Assembly (NCBI GenBank): GCA_029907315.1
Contig: JARYME010000002.1
Location: forward strand, 1,581 to 65,580
Source of the DNA: Armatimonadota bacterium
GTDB taxonomy: Bacteria > Armatimonadota > UBA5829
Direction of reading: 5' to 3'
Length of the DNA stretch: 64,000 nucleotides
Notes under the pieces: generated by a model
Database searches by the model: none
Seen by the model: the letters and a program-made list of their open reading frames with translations, nothing else
Told to the model about the DNA's origin: nothing
Part shown: piece after piece, positions 39,344 through 49,040 of the stretch
Layout: each line of letters begins with the position of its first letter
How positions within the stretch are numbered: position 1 is the first letter of the stretch
Translations under genes and position numbers: made by a program

Positions 39344-40399
39344 ATGTGCGAACGTGTGCGATGGAACATACTGTGCACGCTGGCTGCGGCAGCGATGGTC
39401 CAACACTGCTGTCTCGCTCAAAATGTCGTCTTGGTTGATGCTCCGCCTGTACAGTTTCCTGCGTCGACTGATTCCAACAGTCCGTGTCATTGGGACGGCA
39501 ATACCTTCTACATACTGAATTCACAGGGACATCCATTTCTAAGCAGCGGGCAGGACCAGTTTCATTTGGGCAAGCCGGTGCGGTGTGAGTTCGACAACAC
39601 AGTCAATGGTGGAAGATGGATCGAGTGCACTTGGAAAGCCGATGATGGTACGCTTTATGGATGGTATCACTTTGAACCTCGGGGAGTTTGCCCAGGCAGC
39701 AAGTTGACGGCTCCCAAGATTGGTGCTGCCAAGTCTACGGACAATGGCCTTCACTGGACGGATCTCGGTATAGTTATCGAGGCACCTCCGGAGGTCGATT
39801 GCGGTGCGAAAAACGGTTTCTTCGCCGGCGGCAATGGAGATTTTTGCTGCATGTTGGATCCTCAGAAGCGCTTTATGTATTTCTTTATCAGCACCTACAC
39901 TGGTGACCTCACTGAACAAGGAGTAGCTGTTGCCAGAATGGCATGGATACACCGAGATAATCCAGTGGGTAAGGTTTGGAAGTACCACAATGGAAAGTGG
40001 GATTCGCCTGGAATCGGCGGCCGTGTGACTGCTATCTTTCCTGCGAAAATTAGTTGGATGCGCGAGAACGCCGATGCGTTTTGGGGTCCTGCTGTTCATT
40101 GGAATACGTATCTCGGGTGTTACGTGATGTTTCTGAACCGCACGCGCTACAAGCCCGGCTGGCCACAAGAGGGTATCTACGTTAGTTTCAGCAAGGACAT
40201 TGGCGATCCCAAGAGTTGGTCTGAGCCCAAGAAGATACTTGATGGGGGATCTTGGTATCCACAGGTCATAGGATTGGATGCATCGCAAAAAGAAACCGAC
40301 AAACTCGTAGGCCGCCGAGCCAGATTCTATATGCACGGTCGTTCTGTGCACGAAATAATATTCCTCAAGCAGGGTGAGCAGTTTCCGATCCAAAAGTAG
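39344..40399 (+). CDS. Secreted five-bladed beta-propeller glycoside hydrolase-like protein
   Basis: Signal peptide; DSNSP, WIE..W, YGWYHFE, STDNGLHW (Asp-box), GGNGDF, WSEPK. Confidence 0.55.
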   Translation: MCERVRWNILCTLAAAAMVQHCCLAQNVVLVDAPPVQFPASTDSNSPCHWDGNTFYILNSQGHPFLSSGQDQFHLGKPVRCEFDNTVNGGRWIECTWKADDGTLYGWYHFEPRGVCPGSKLTAPKIGAAKSTDNGLHWTDLGIVIEAPPEVDCGAKNGFFAGGNGDFCCMLDPQKRFMYFFISTYTGDLTEQGVAVARMAWIHRDNPVGKVWKYHNGKWDSPGIGGRVTAIFPAKISWMRENADAFWGPAVHWNTYLGCYVMFLNRTRYKPGWPQEGIYVSFSKDIGDPKSWSEPKKILDGGSWYPQVIGLDASQKETDKLVGRRARFYMHGRSVHEIIFLKQGEQFPIQK

Positions 40400-40630
40400 T
40401 CTCTAACGAAGACTCACAAGCTGTCCAGCACATGATCGGAACTGCCGGCAGACTTCAAGAACATAATAATGACGCTTTTGGTGGAGGTGTGTAGCTCCGA
40501 ACCAATCTCGTCCGCTATCGTTTCAGTACATGAATGGCTGACGCTTGCGGGCTTGCGCAAAATGTCACAGATCGGCTTGACCTTATGGGCTTGCTGGTAT
40601 TAGCATGTTAGTGATCCGGCGTTCGGTAGT

Positions 40631-41284
40631 TTGACTACCGAATGTCGGCGCAAAGCAAAAATGACCAATTTTTCGAACAAGGTGACAAGTTTGGTTTCAG
40701 AAAACGCTCAGTGCTGTTGTGAGCTTAGTTTGGTAGAGGGACCGACGGGATCTGAGCTCAAGCGCCGCATTCAGGAACTCTGCGGAGAGAACGTGCTTGA
40801 GTGCTACCAGTGCGGGGAGTGCACTGCCGGATGTCCTGTGGCGTACGCTATGGATATCGCTCCTAATCAAGTGCTTAGATTGGCGCAGCTTGGTTTGGAA
40901 GATGAGGTTTTGGGGAGCTCCGCGATTTGGCTATGTGCGGGATGTGAGACTTGTGCCACTCGATGTCCTAAGGGCGTAGCTCTCTCTAGGGTAATGGATG
41001 CTTGCCGGCAGCTGGCGCTTGAACGAGGCATTAAGCCCAAGGAGCCAGAGATAGCCAAGTTTCACGATCAGTTTCTGACGGAAGTGAAGCGGTTCGGCAG
41101 AGTGCACGAACTTACTCTGACTGCGTTGTATAAAGTGCGCACGAAAGACTTCTTCTCCGACGTGTTTACCGGCATTCAGATGTTCCTGAAAGGCAAGCTG
41201 GCTCTTATCCCTTCCCTTGTTAAGGGCAGGGACGAGATCAGAAGGCTCTTCTCGAGATCCAGACACGGCTCCGAGGATAGCTGA
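40631..41284 (+). CDS. hdrC: Heterodisulfide reductase subunit C (start uncertain)
   Basis: CYQCGECTAGCP and WLCAGCETCATRCP 2x[4Fe-4S]; GRVHE. Confidence 0.9.
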   Translation: MTTECRRKAKMTNFSNKVTSLVSENAQCCCELSLVEGPTGSELKRRIQELCGENVLECYQCGECTAGCPVAYAMDIAPNQVLRLAQLGLEDEVLGSSAIWLCAGCETCATRCPKGVALSRVMDACRQLALERGIKPKEPEIAKFHDQFLTEVKRFGRVHELTLTALYKVRTKDFFSDVFTGIQMFLKGKLALIPSLVKGRDEIRRLFSRSRHGSEDS

Positions 41285-41420
41285 TTGCGAACCCCGCAGA
41301 ACACGTGTGTTTTGGCATGCGTCGCGGATCGCTTTGTTCCTATTAGATGTGAGTAGACTGTAATGTCGTTTGCCGACTACCGTACAACAAGGCGGTCGTA
41401 ACGGGATCTGAGGTCTAACT

Positions 41421-42317
41421 ATGAAATATGCTTACTACCCCGGCTGCAGCTTGGAGTCAACTGCAAAAGAGTTCGGCGAGTCTACCGTGCTCGTCGCCGA
41501 AGCCCTCGGAATAGAGCTGGTGGAGATACCGGATTGGAACTGCTGCGGAGCCACATCAGGCCACGCGCTGGACCACAAACTGAGTATAGCTCTTCCGGCT
41601 AGAACCCTTGGAATTGCTGAAAATATGGGGCTTGATGTGGTAGCTCCGTGTGCAGCTTGCTATAACAGAATGAAATCCGCGGAAGTAGCTATGAAGTCCG
41701 ACGAAGCACTCCGCAGTGAGATCAATTCAAGTCTAGCCAACCCGTATGAGGGCAAGATAACCGTACACTCCGCTCTTGAAATTTTTACCGCACCTGATGT
41801 GCTCAATAGGATCAAAGAGAGGGTCAGCTATCCCCTTCGCGGTCTTAAGCCCGCGTGCTACTATGGTTGCCTTCTACTTAGACCGCCGAAGATTGTGGGC
41901 TTCGACGACCCTGAAGCTCCGCAAAGGCTGGATGAGGCGATGTGTGCTGTGGGTGCCGAACCCGTGGAATGGTATTTTAAGAATGAGTGCTGCGGGGCAA
42001 GCTTGGGTATTTCAAAGAGCGCTGTTTCGGTCAAGTTAACGGGCGATATTATCTCCAACGCGAAAAAGCACGGAGCCAACTGCATCGTTACCGTTTGCCC
42101 GCTTTGCCTTACGAATCTCGAGATGCGGCAGGGGGCCGCAGGGAAAATGAGAGGCGAAGACCTTACGATGCCTGTCTTCTACTTTACGGAGCTTCTTGGG
42201 TTGGCTATGGAGGTGCCAGGGATCAGAAAGCTCTTTGCTAGCCACTTGGTTGATGTCAATCCTGCATTGGATGCCATAGAGCAGGGGGAACCAGTGCCGG
42301 CGGGTGCGGAAGGTTAA
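41421..42317 (+). CDS. hdrB: Heterodisulfide reductase subunit B
   Basis: YYPGC, WNCCGA, PCAAC, YYGC, CCGA and VCPLC..N CCG domains. Confidence 0.93.
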   Translation: MKYAYYPGCSLESTAKEFGESTVLVAEALGIELVEIPDWNCCGATSGHALDHKLSIALPARTLGIAENMGLDVVAPCAACYNRMKSAEVAMKSDEALRSEINSSLANPYEGKITVHSALEIFTAPDVLNRIKERVSYPLRGLKPACYYGCLLLRPPKIVGFDDPEAPQRLDEAMCAVGAEPVEWYFKNECCGASLGISKSAVSVKLTGDIISNAKKHGANCIVTVCPLCLTNLEMRQGAAGKMRGEDLTMPVFYFTELLGLAMEVPGIRKLFASHLVDVNPALDAIEQGEPVPAGAEG

Positions 42318-42406
42318 TCTTGACCAACCGACAACGTGAAGTGCCTTCCGGCAGCGGTGTTAGTTCTGCCAACAACTAGACAAAGTAATGGAATTGAGAG
42401 ACCACT

Positions 42407-44422
42407 ATGAGAATCGGCGTATTTGTTTGTTGGTGTGGGTCTAATATTGCAAAAACGGTTGACGTGGAAAAGGTCGTTGAGGCGGCCCGCGAGATGCCCG
42501 GGGTCGTTTACGCGACGGACTATAAGTATATGTGCTCGGAACCCGGTCAGAACATGATCCAGGAAGCAATTCGCGAGCACAAACTAGACAGAATCGTTGT
42601 GGCATCATGTTCGCCTCGGCTGCACGAACCCACTTTTCAGCGTTGCGTCGAGGCTGCCGGACTTAATCCCTACATGGTCGAGATGGCGAACATACGGGAG
42701 CAGTGCTCGTGGGTACATGAGCGCACGCCGGAGGCGACGCAGCATGCCATCGACTTGGTGAGAATGGCCGTGGCGAAGGTCGCCAAGAACGAGCCTCTGA
42801 GTAGGTCCAAACTGGACATTACCCGCAGGGCTCTCGTGATAGGCGGAGGAGTTGCAGGCATCCAGGCTGCATTGGATATTGCCGATGCGGGTTACCCTGT
42901 TGTTCTTGTGGAACGCACGCCGTCCATCGGCGGTCATATGGCACAGTACGACAAGACCTTCCCGACGCTCGACTGCGCTGCCTGCATATTGACTCCGAAG
43001 ATGGTAGACTGTGCCAGCCATCCGCTGATTGAGATCTGGAGCTACTCTGAAGTAGAAGAGGTCAACGGTTTCGTTGGCAACTTCGAGGTGAAGATTCGCA
43101 GACGTGCGAAAAGCGTGGACGAGTCAAAGTGCACAGGTTGCGGACTGTGTCTCGAGAAATGTCCGGTGAAGGGGATTCCAAGCGAGTTCGACGAGGGTAC
43201 GGGTACACGCCGAGCCATTTACAGGCCATTTCCGCAGGCTGTGCCGAACAAGCCAGTTATCGATCGTGAACACTGCAGATACTTTCAAACTGGTAAGTGT
43301 GGGGTCTGTCAGAAGATATGTCCCGTGGGAGCGATTGATTACGAGCAGCAGGACCAGGTCGTGACTGAAAAGTTTGGCGCGATCGTTGTGGCGACAGGCT
43401 TTGACGTGTGGCGCGATGAACAAGCAATGGCACAGTTTGGGTACGGCAAGTATCCCGACGTGATATCATCACTTCAGTTCGAGAGGCTGATGAATGCTTC
43501 CGGCCCCACCGACGGCAAGATCGTTCGACCGTCGGATGGGAAGGTGCCCCGCTCTATAGCGTTCATATCATGTGTCGGCAGCCGCGATGAGGTTCACGGC
43601 TATCCGTACTGCTCCAAGGTCTGTTGCATGTACAACGCCAAGCAAGCCTTGCTGGCGAAGGACAAGCTGCACGACGTCCAGACATATGTGTTCTATATGG
43701 ACATTCGAGCAAACGGCAAGGGTTACGAGGAATTTGTACGACGGGCTATCGAGGAATATGGAGCCAATTACATAAGAGGTAGAGTTTCGCGGGTATATCC
43801 AGACGGAGATCAGCTTGTGGTTAAGGGCGCGGATACTTTGCTCGGCAGGCCCCTGGAAGTCCGTGTCGATCTTGTCGTTCTTGCCACTGCTATGAAGCCG
43901 CACGACGATGCCAAGGAACTGGCTCGCAAGCTGGGAATCTCGACCGATCAGTACGATTGGTTTTCGGAGGCGCATCCAAAGCTACGTCCCGTGGAGGTGC
44001 TCACCGACGGTATTTATCTGGCAGGTGCGTGTCAGTATCCAAAGGATATTCCGGACACAGTTGCACAGGCAAGCGGCGCTGCTTCGAAGGTGATAGGGTT
44101 GTTCAGCAAAGAGGCGATCCTGTCTGAGGCGATGACGGCGTTTGTGAATGAAGATACTTGCGTGGGGTGTGGTCTGTGCGCTGAGGTGTGCCCATTTGGC
44201 GCGATTGATTTGGTGGAAGTTGTCGACCGCGAGAAATCAACGCGTGATAACCAGGTAATGAAGACGGTTGCCAGGGTTAACGAGGGAGTCTGCAAAGGCT
44301 GCGGAACCTGCGCGGCGGCTTGTCGAAGTGGATCAGCCAGGCTCAGAGGCTTCGATACCAAGCAAATCCTGGCTGAGATCGATGCACTGGCAGATGCGGC
44401 GCTTAGCAGCAAGAGGCTCTAG
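42407..44422 (+). CDS. hdrA: Heterodisulfide reductase subunit A (FAD, Fe-S)
   Basis: IGVFVCWCG.NI, ASCSPR.HE, NIREQCSW, GGGVAG, DKTFPTLDC, CVGSR..YCSKVCC, GACQYPKDI, C-terminal ferredoxin. Confidence 0.96.
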   Translation: MRIGVFVCWCGSNIAKTVDVEKVVEAAREMPGVVYATDYKYMCSEPGQNMIQEAIREHKLDRIVVASCSPRLHEPTFQRCVEAAGLNPYMVEMANIREQCSWVHERTPEATQHAIDLVRMAVAKVAKNEPLSRSKLDITRRALVIGGGVAGIQAALDIADAGYPVVLVERTPSIGGHMAQYDKTFPTLDCAACILTPKMVDCASHPLIEIWSYSEVEEVNGFVGNFEVKIRRRAKSVDESKCTGCGLCLEKCPVKGIPSEFDEGTGTRRAIYRPFPQAVPNKPVIDREHCRYFQTGKCGVCQKICPVGAIDYEQQDQVVTEKFGAIVVATGFDVWRDEQAMAQFGYGKYPDVISSLQFERLMNASGPTDGKIVRPSDGKVPRSIAFISCVGSRDEVHGYPYCSKVCCMYNAKQALLAKDKLHDVQTYVFYMDIRANGKGYEEFVRRAIEEYGANYIRGRVSRVYPDGDQLVVKGADTLLGRPLEVRVDLVVLATAMKPHDDAKELARKLGISTDQYDWFSEAHPKLRPVEVLTDGIYLAGACQYPKDIPDTVAQASGAASKVIGLFSKEAILSEAMTAFVNEDTCVGCGLCAEVCPFGAIDLVEVVDREKSTRDNQVMKTVARVNEGVCKGCGTCAAACRSGSARLRGFDTKQILAEIDALADAALSSKRL

Positions 44423-44481
44423 ATCTCGGCCTGTAAGTATAAGTAATAGGCTGGGCACGCAATGGTTTGGGGAGGAGCTGA

Positions 44482-45399
44482 TTGTTTAGGTATTATGCAG
44501 CCGCGATAGTACTGAAGTTATTGTCAAGTTCCAGACTGGGGAGAGAGTTTTACAGACGCGTTCTGGGGAACGTCTTTGGAAACAGAAGGCGAGCTAAAAA
44601 AGGCTTGCACCCTTCATATATCGAGCACGCAAAGGAACTTCTGGATTGTTGCAGGAAGTATCAAGCCGTTGAAGACGGTTATCACTTGCTCGAAATAGGC
44701 ACGGGGTGGATGCATTTTTACAGTTTGTTCTTGCGTTTGTTCTTCGACGTTCGAGTAACAATGGTAGATGCGTGGGACAATCGCCAAATGTTGGCTCTCA
44801 AGAGATACTTTGCTGATCTTGAACAAGTCTTGGATAAGCGCTTTAGTCTTAGCGACGAAGAGCTAGCTCGTGCCCGTGCAACAATTGGTTGTATTGCCAG
44901 GGCTTGTAGCTTCGAGGAGTTATATGAGTCTCTGGGGTTGGAATATGTCATCGATCCAACGTTGAGTACCCTGAGCGACCGGTCCTTTGATTTCGTGTTT
45001 AGTCAGGGAGTTCTGGAGCACGTTAGGCTGGAAGATCTACCAACGCAGATAGCAAATATGGGTCGAGTGCTGAGGCCCGGTGGTATACAGTTTCATCACA
45101 TAGGGATTGGTGACCATTTGGCAAGCTATGATCGCTCAGCTTCACTGAAGCAGTATATTTCGTATCCTGAATGGATATACAAATTGCTTCTCAACAACCA
45201 GTTGCAGTACATAAATAGAGTTCAGAAGTCAGAATTTCACCGGATGTTCACTGAATCCGGTATGGAAGTCTTGGAAGAGAGAGCTTTCGACTGTGACATT
45301 TCGAAGCTTAGACCGAGAGGGCGTTTTCAGGGGTATAGTTCCGAGGATCTGAGGTGTTTTGCTGTCACGTTTGTCCTTCGGAAACCCGTGCATTGCTAA
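44482..45399 (+). CDS. Class I SAM-dependent methyltransferase
   Basis: LLEIGTG, FDFVFSQGVLEHV, RVLRPGG. Confidence 0.85.
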   Translation: MFRYYAAAIVLKLLSSSRLGREFYRRVLGNVFGNRRRAKKGLHPSYIEHAKELLDCCRKYQAVEDGYHLLEIGTGWMHFYSLFLRLFFDVRVTMVDAWDNRQMLALKRYFADLEQVLDKRFSLSDEELARARATIGCIARACSFEELYESLGLEYVIDPTLSTLSDRSFDFVFSQGVLEHVRLEDLPTQIANMGRVLRPGGIQFHHIGIGDHLASYDRSASLKQYISYPEWIYKLLLNNQLQYINRVQKSEFHRMFTESGMEVLEERAFDCDISKLRPRGRFQGYSSEDLRCFAVTFVLRKPVHC

Positions 45400-45545
45400 A
45401 CCTATCCGAGGGTAAGCCCAGCACAAGTTTCTTTCTAGCTGTTGGTTGCTTTTTGCGGTTGCGCAATTGCCTTGCGTTAGGGATTAGGCCATTCCAAAAG
45501 GAGCGGGTTTAGAGCACCATATAGCTCGGAAACGAGTGTTCTCTC

Positions 45546-46379
45546 ATGCATATCGAGATCCGAAACGTGAAATCAGTTATATGTCATAGTCTGCAGGTTC
45601 TGCTTATTGGAGTCTTGCTTTGCTCGAGGGCACTGGCTGCCGAGCTCACGCCGATTCCTTGCGCCGTCGGCAACAAGTGGGAATACGACACAGTAAAACT
45701 GGTTCGTGCCACTCTCCGATTTGACGGTAGGACGTTGTCCGCGTTTCGAGATGCGAGCTACGGTAGTTCCGTTTACGAAGTCATTGGAGCCGATACGAAA
45801 GATGGTGTCCCAGTGTACGATTACAGGGAGATCACACGTACCTGGTCGGCAAGTGGAGGTGACACCCATTCGGAAACTACGGAGCTGAAGATTGTGGGCG
45901 AGAACGGTGTCCTGCGAATACTGTCCTCACGCACTGAGTCGTCCAGCGAGAATGAGCCCGACAAGCAGGAATACGATCCGCCACTGCTCTATTTCAGTGC
46001 TGCGGAAGCCGTAGCCGCAAAGTCTTGGAACGTAGGAGTAATGCGCGAGCGCGAGACGAAGTGCACTATGTCCGCGCGGGGAGTCGGACGAGAGACCGTA
46101 ATCGTGCCCGCCGGTACGTTTGCAGATTGTCTGAAAGTGGTGTATTCGGGGGACAACGTATCCGGCACGATGGATCTTTGGAATAAGCCGTTCACAATAA
46201 CTGGTGGACGGAGCTGTGGGGTCTATTGGATCGCCGAAGGTATAGGGGTCGTAAAGGAACTCGAAGTCGCTACTACTATTGCGGAAACCGACGGTCCAGG
46301 AGGCGAAAAATTAACTCTTGAGGCGGCATCGTGCACGGTAAGTGAGCTCAAACCAGGTTACGTCATAAGAAAGAAGTAG
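45546..46379 (+). CDS. Secreted beta-rich hypothetical protein (DUF3108-like)
   Basis: Signal peptide; GNKWEY, VPAGTF.DCLKV, YWIAEGIGVVK. Confidence 0.6.
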   Translation: MHIEIRNVKSVICHSLQVLLIGVLLCSRALAAELTPIPCAVGNKWEYDTVKLVRATLRFDGRTLSAFRDASYGSSVYEVIGADTKDGVPVYDYREITRTWSASGGDTHSETTELKIVGENGVLRILSSRTESSSENEPDKQEYDPPLLYFSAAEAVAAKSWNVGVMRERETKCTMSARGVGRETVIVPAGTFADCLKVVYSGDNVSGTMDLWNKPFTITGGRSCGVYWIAEGIGVVKELEVATTIAETDGPGGEKLTLEAASCTVSELKPGYVIRKK

Positions 46380-46421
46380 ACTATTGCGAGATACTCCAAT
46401 AAGAGAGATTTGGGAATCGAT

Positions 46422-46919
46422 ATGAGCGAAGATAGCACTTTGGTACAAGAGAGAACTGAACAGGAAACCAAAGAATCCGCCGAGCAGGGTCGCACTTGGC
46501 AGCCGATAATTCTGGGCATTCTTTGCAATTGGTGTAGCTACGCGGGAGCGGATTTGGCAGGAAGTTCGAGACTGCAGTATCCAGAGACAGTTAGAATAAT
46601 CCGGGTGCCGTGTTCCGGACGTGTTGACCCAGCATTTGTTCTCAAGGCGTTTCGCAAAGGCTTCGATGGGGTAATGGTTCTTGGTTGTCATCCCGGAGAC
46701 TGTCATTACGCGAAAGGCAACTATTACGCCCGTCGCAGAATCGCGCTTCTGCAGGACCTGTTGAAAGCGCTCGGATTGCCGGAAGAACGATTCCATTTCG
46801 AGTGGGTCTCAGCTTCTGAAGGCAATAGATTTGCTGAGCTGGTTCAGGAATTTACGGAACAAATCAGGCGGCTGGGTCCTTTCAAAGGCGTGGTGGCAGT
46901 GGAGAACAAATCATCATAG
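46422..46919 (+). CDS. flxD: MvhD/FlxD [2Fe-2S] subunit
   Basis: CNWCSYAGADLAG, VPCSGR, GCHPGDCHY..GN, WVSASEG. Confidence 0.9.
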   Translation: MSEDSTLVQERTEQETKESAEQGRTWQPIILGILCNWCSYAGADLAGSSRLQYPETVRIIRVPCSGRVDPAFVLKAFRKGFDGVMVLGCHPGDCHYAKGNYYARRRIALLQDLLKALGLPEERFHFEWVSASEGNRFAELVQEFTEQIRRLGPFKGVVAVENKSS

Positions 46920-46944
46920 GCAATATCCAGAGTGGTAGACTGCA

Positions 46945-47892
46945 ATGACCGAAATAGAGAGCAGAATACGCGAAGAAGCAAAGAAAGTTCTGGAAAACGG
47001 TTTGGTAGATTTGGTAATCGGATGGGCGGCTGGGAGCGTGCCGTTTAGGACGACCCCAGTGTTTATCGACAACGCTCAAGACGTCGACAAGCTCGTTTGG
47101 AACCCGGTGTGCGCGAACAACTTGGCGGTCTATCTGCCTAAGATGGCAAAGAACCGTAAAGTGGCAATAGTCGCCAAGCCGTGCGATATAAGAAGTATTG
47201 TGGCGTTGATTCAAGAAAACCAGGTGAAGCGCGAGAACCTGTACATAATCGGCCTTGGGTGTGCGGGCGTAGTTGATCCTTCAAAGTTAGAATCGGCGGC
47301 GATCAGACTTTCCGATATCAAGGCTCTTGAATGGGAGGGCGAAGGTATTAGGATCGTGACGGTAGACGGCGAACAAGTACTCAGGTCTACCGAAGTACAT
47401 CGTGAAATGTGTTTAGCTTGCACCAAGCGTGAGCCGGCGTTGTACGATGTTAAATTTGGTGAGGCTGTCCTCCCGTCGCAAATCAAACCTCGTGAGCTGC
47501 CGGAATTACCTGAGGAGAGACAAAAATACTGGAGCGAGCAGTTTTCGAAGTGCATACGATGCTACGCGTGTCGGCAGATTTGCCCAAACTGTTATTGTGA
47601 GGTTTGTTTTGCTGATCGCGTTGAGCCGAAATGGACCGCCAAGAAGGCAGTCCCTGAGGAGAATTGGATGTTTCATGCTACCCGTGCTATGCACCTAGCA
47701 GGCAGGTGTATCCAGTGTGGTGAATGTGAAAGGGTTTGCCCGGTCGGAATCCGCATTGCTGAGCTTATGCGTGAGATGGCTGAGGCAGTGAAGAATAAAT
47801 ACGATTACGAAGCTGGCGATCCGAAGGAAGAAGCGCCACTGCTGGGCACATTTCGCGAGAATGATATAGATCCGGCGCAGCATTCTGAGTAG
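46945..47892 (+). CDS. flxC: FlxC-like 4Fe-4S protein
   Basis: KPCD, CIRCYACRQICPNCYC..C, HLAGRCIQCGECERVCP. Confidence 0.82.
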   Translation: MTEIESRIREEAKKVLENGLVDLVIGWAAGSVPFRTTPVFIDNAQDVDKLVWNPVCANNLAVYLPKMAKNRKVAIVAKPCDIRSIVALIQENQVKRENLYIIGLGCAGVVDPSKLESAAIRLSDIKALEWEGEGIRIVTVDGEQVLRSTEVHREMCLACTKREPALYDVKFGEAVLPSQIKPRELPELPEERQKYWSEQFSKCIRCYACRQICPNCYCEVCFADRVEPKWTAKKAVPEENWMFHATRAMHLAGRCIQCGECERVCPVGIRIAELMREMAEAVKNKYDYEAGDPKEEAPLLGTFRENDIDPAQHSE

Positions 47893-47971
47893 TAAACCGT
47901 TAGTCTTACAGTTATATTTAGATCGCCAGTTGACTGCACTATGGCTTAGTTAGAGAAACGGGTTTTAGGAA

Positions 47972-49009
47972 ATGGCTGACAAGATCTTACCGAAAGACAA
48001 AACAGAGGGATTCATCCAAGCTCTAGGGAGGAAGTTTGTTGTTGTTGCTCCTGTGGAGCGCAAAGATGCTCCCGCCGAATTCAAGGAGATCGGTGCAGGC
48101 GACAAGGTCATTCTAGACGGCAGTCAAATGATGATGCCGCCTAAGGATTACCTTCTGCCGCGTTACGAGACGCTGCTGAAGGTCAGCACGAGACCCGGCG
48201 AGGTCGAGGTGCAGCCTGTTCTACCGGACGAGAAGCCACGGGTGATGCTCGGCATGTGGCTGCCGGACGCGCAGGCAATTCAGGTACTCGACAAGGTTTT
48301 CCTCGAAGGTAAGTTCAGAGATCCTTACTATGCGGCACGCCGTGCGAACACCATGCTTGTAGCGGTTATGCCGGCTCAAATGCGGTGGAGTTGGTTCTGT
48401 GCGTCGACTGATGATGTTGAAAAGTGGAAGCCCAACGTCGACGCCATTATGTACGATCTCGGAGATCGATTCTACATTGAGGTGACCTCTCCGCGCGGCG
48501 AGGCACTTGTTGAATGGGAAGGTCTAGCTGAGCCGTCGAGTGAGGATGTTGCAGGTAAGGACAGGCTCTGGGAACAGTTCAAGTCCCATGGTGTGCTGCC
48601 GTTTTCCGATGGCAAGTTCTACGAGCAATTGGCGTGGGATCATCCGATATGGGCTGAGATTGCTCAGAAATGCATTGGCTGCGGTGTCTGCAGCTATATG
48701 TGTCCAAGCTGTTCGTGCTTTGACATTCAGGACGAAGTTTGTGGCACATGCGTGGAGCGGTATCGCTGCCGTGATACCTGCCAGTTCGAAGATTTTACGC
48801 TAATGGGCTCAGGCCACAATCCTCGACCGGACCAGCTACCTCGCTCGCGGCAGCGGCTGATGCACAAGTTCAAGTACCAGCACGAGCAGTACGGAGTAGT
48901 CGGATGTACGGGTTGTGGCAGATGCGTTGAGCTATGCCCCGTTAACGTAGATATTCGCGAAGTCCTCAATAAAGTATGTGCTGAGAAAGAACCAGAACCG
49001 GCAGTCTAG
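47972..49009 (+). CDS. flxB: FlxB-like (AsrA/HydB family) 4Fe-4S protein
   Basis: PPKDYLLP, DPYY..RR, CIGCGVCSYMCPSCSCF, R.RQR.MHK, CTGCGRC...CP. Confidence 0.82.
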   Translation: MADKILPKDKTEGFIQALGRKFVVVAPVERKDAPAEFKEIGAGDKVILDGSQMMMPPKDYLLPRYETLLKVSTRPGEVEVQPVLPDEKPRVMLGMWLPDAQAIQVLDKVFLEGKFRDPYYAARRANTMLVAVMPAQMRWSWFCASTDDVEKWKPNVDAIMYDLGDRFYIEVTSPRGEALVEWEGLAEPSSEDVAGKDRLWEQFKSHGVLPFSDGKFYEQLAWDHPIWAEIAQKCIGCGVCSYMCPSCSCFDIQDEVCGTCVERYRCRDTCQFEDFTLMGSGHNPRPDQLPRSRQRLMHKFKYQHEQYGVVGCTGCGRCVELCPVNVDIREVLNKVCAEKEPEPAV

Positions 49010-49040
49010 CAACTTCGCAGGCAGAAACCTAGAAAACCGC

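Noticed and set aside
41353..46947. Near-identical 13-mers GTAGACTGTAATG (before hdrB) and GTAGACTGCAATG (at the flxC start)
   Set aside because: Only two short imperfect copies in different positions relative to starts; cannot be distinguished from chance.
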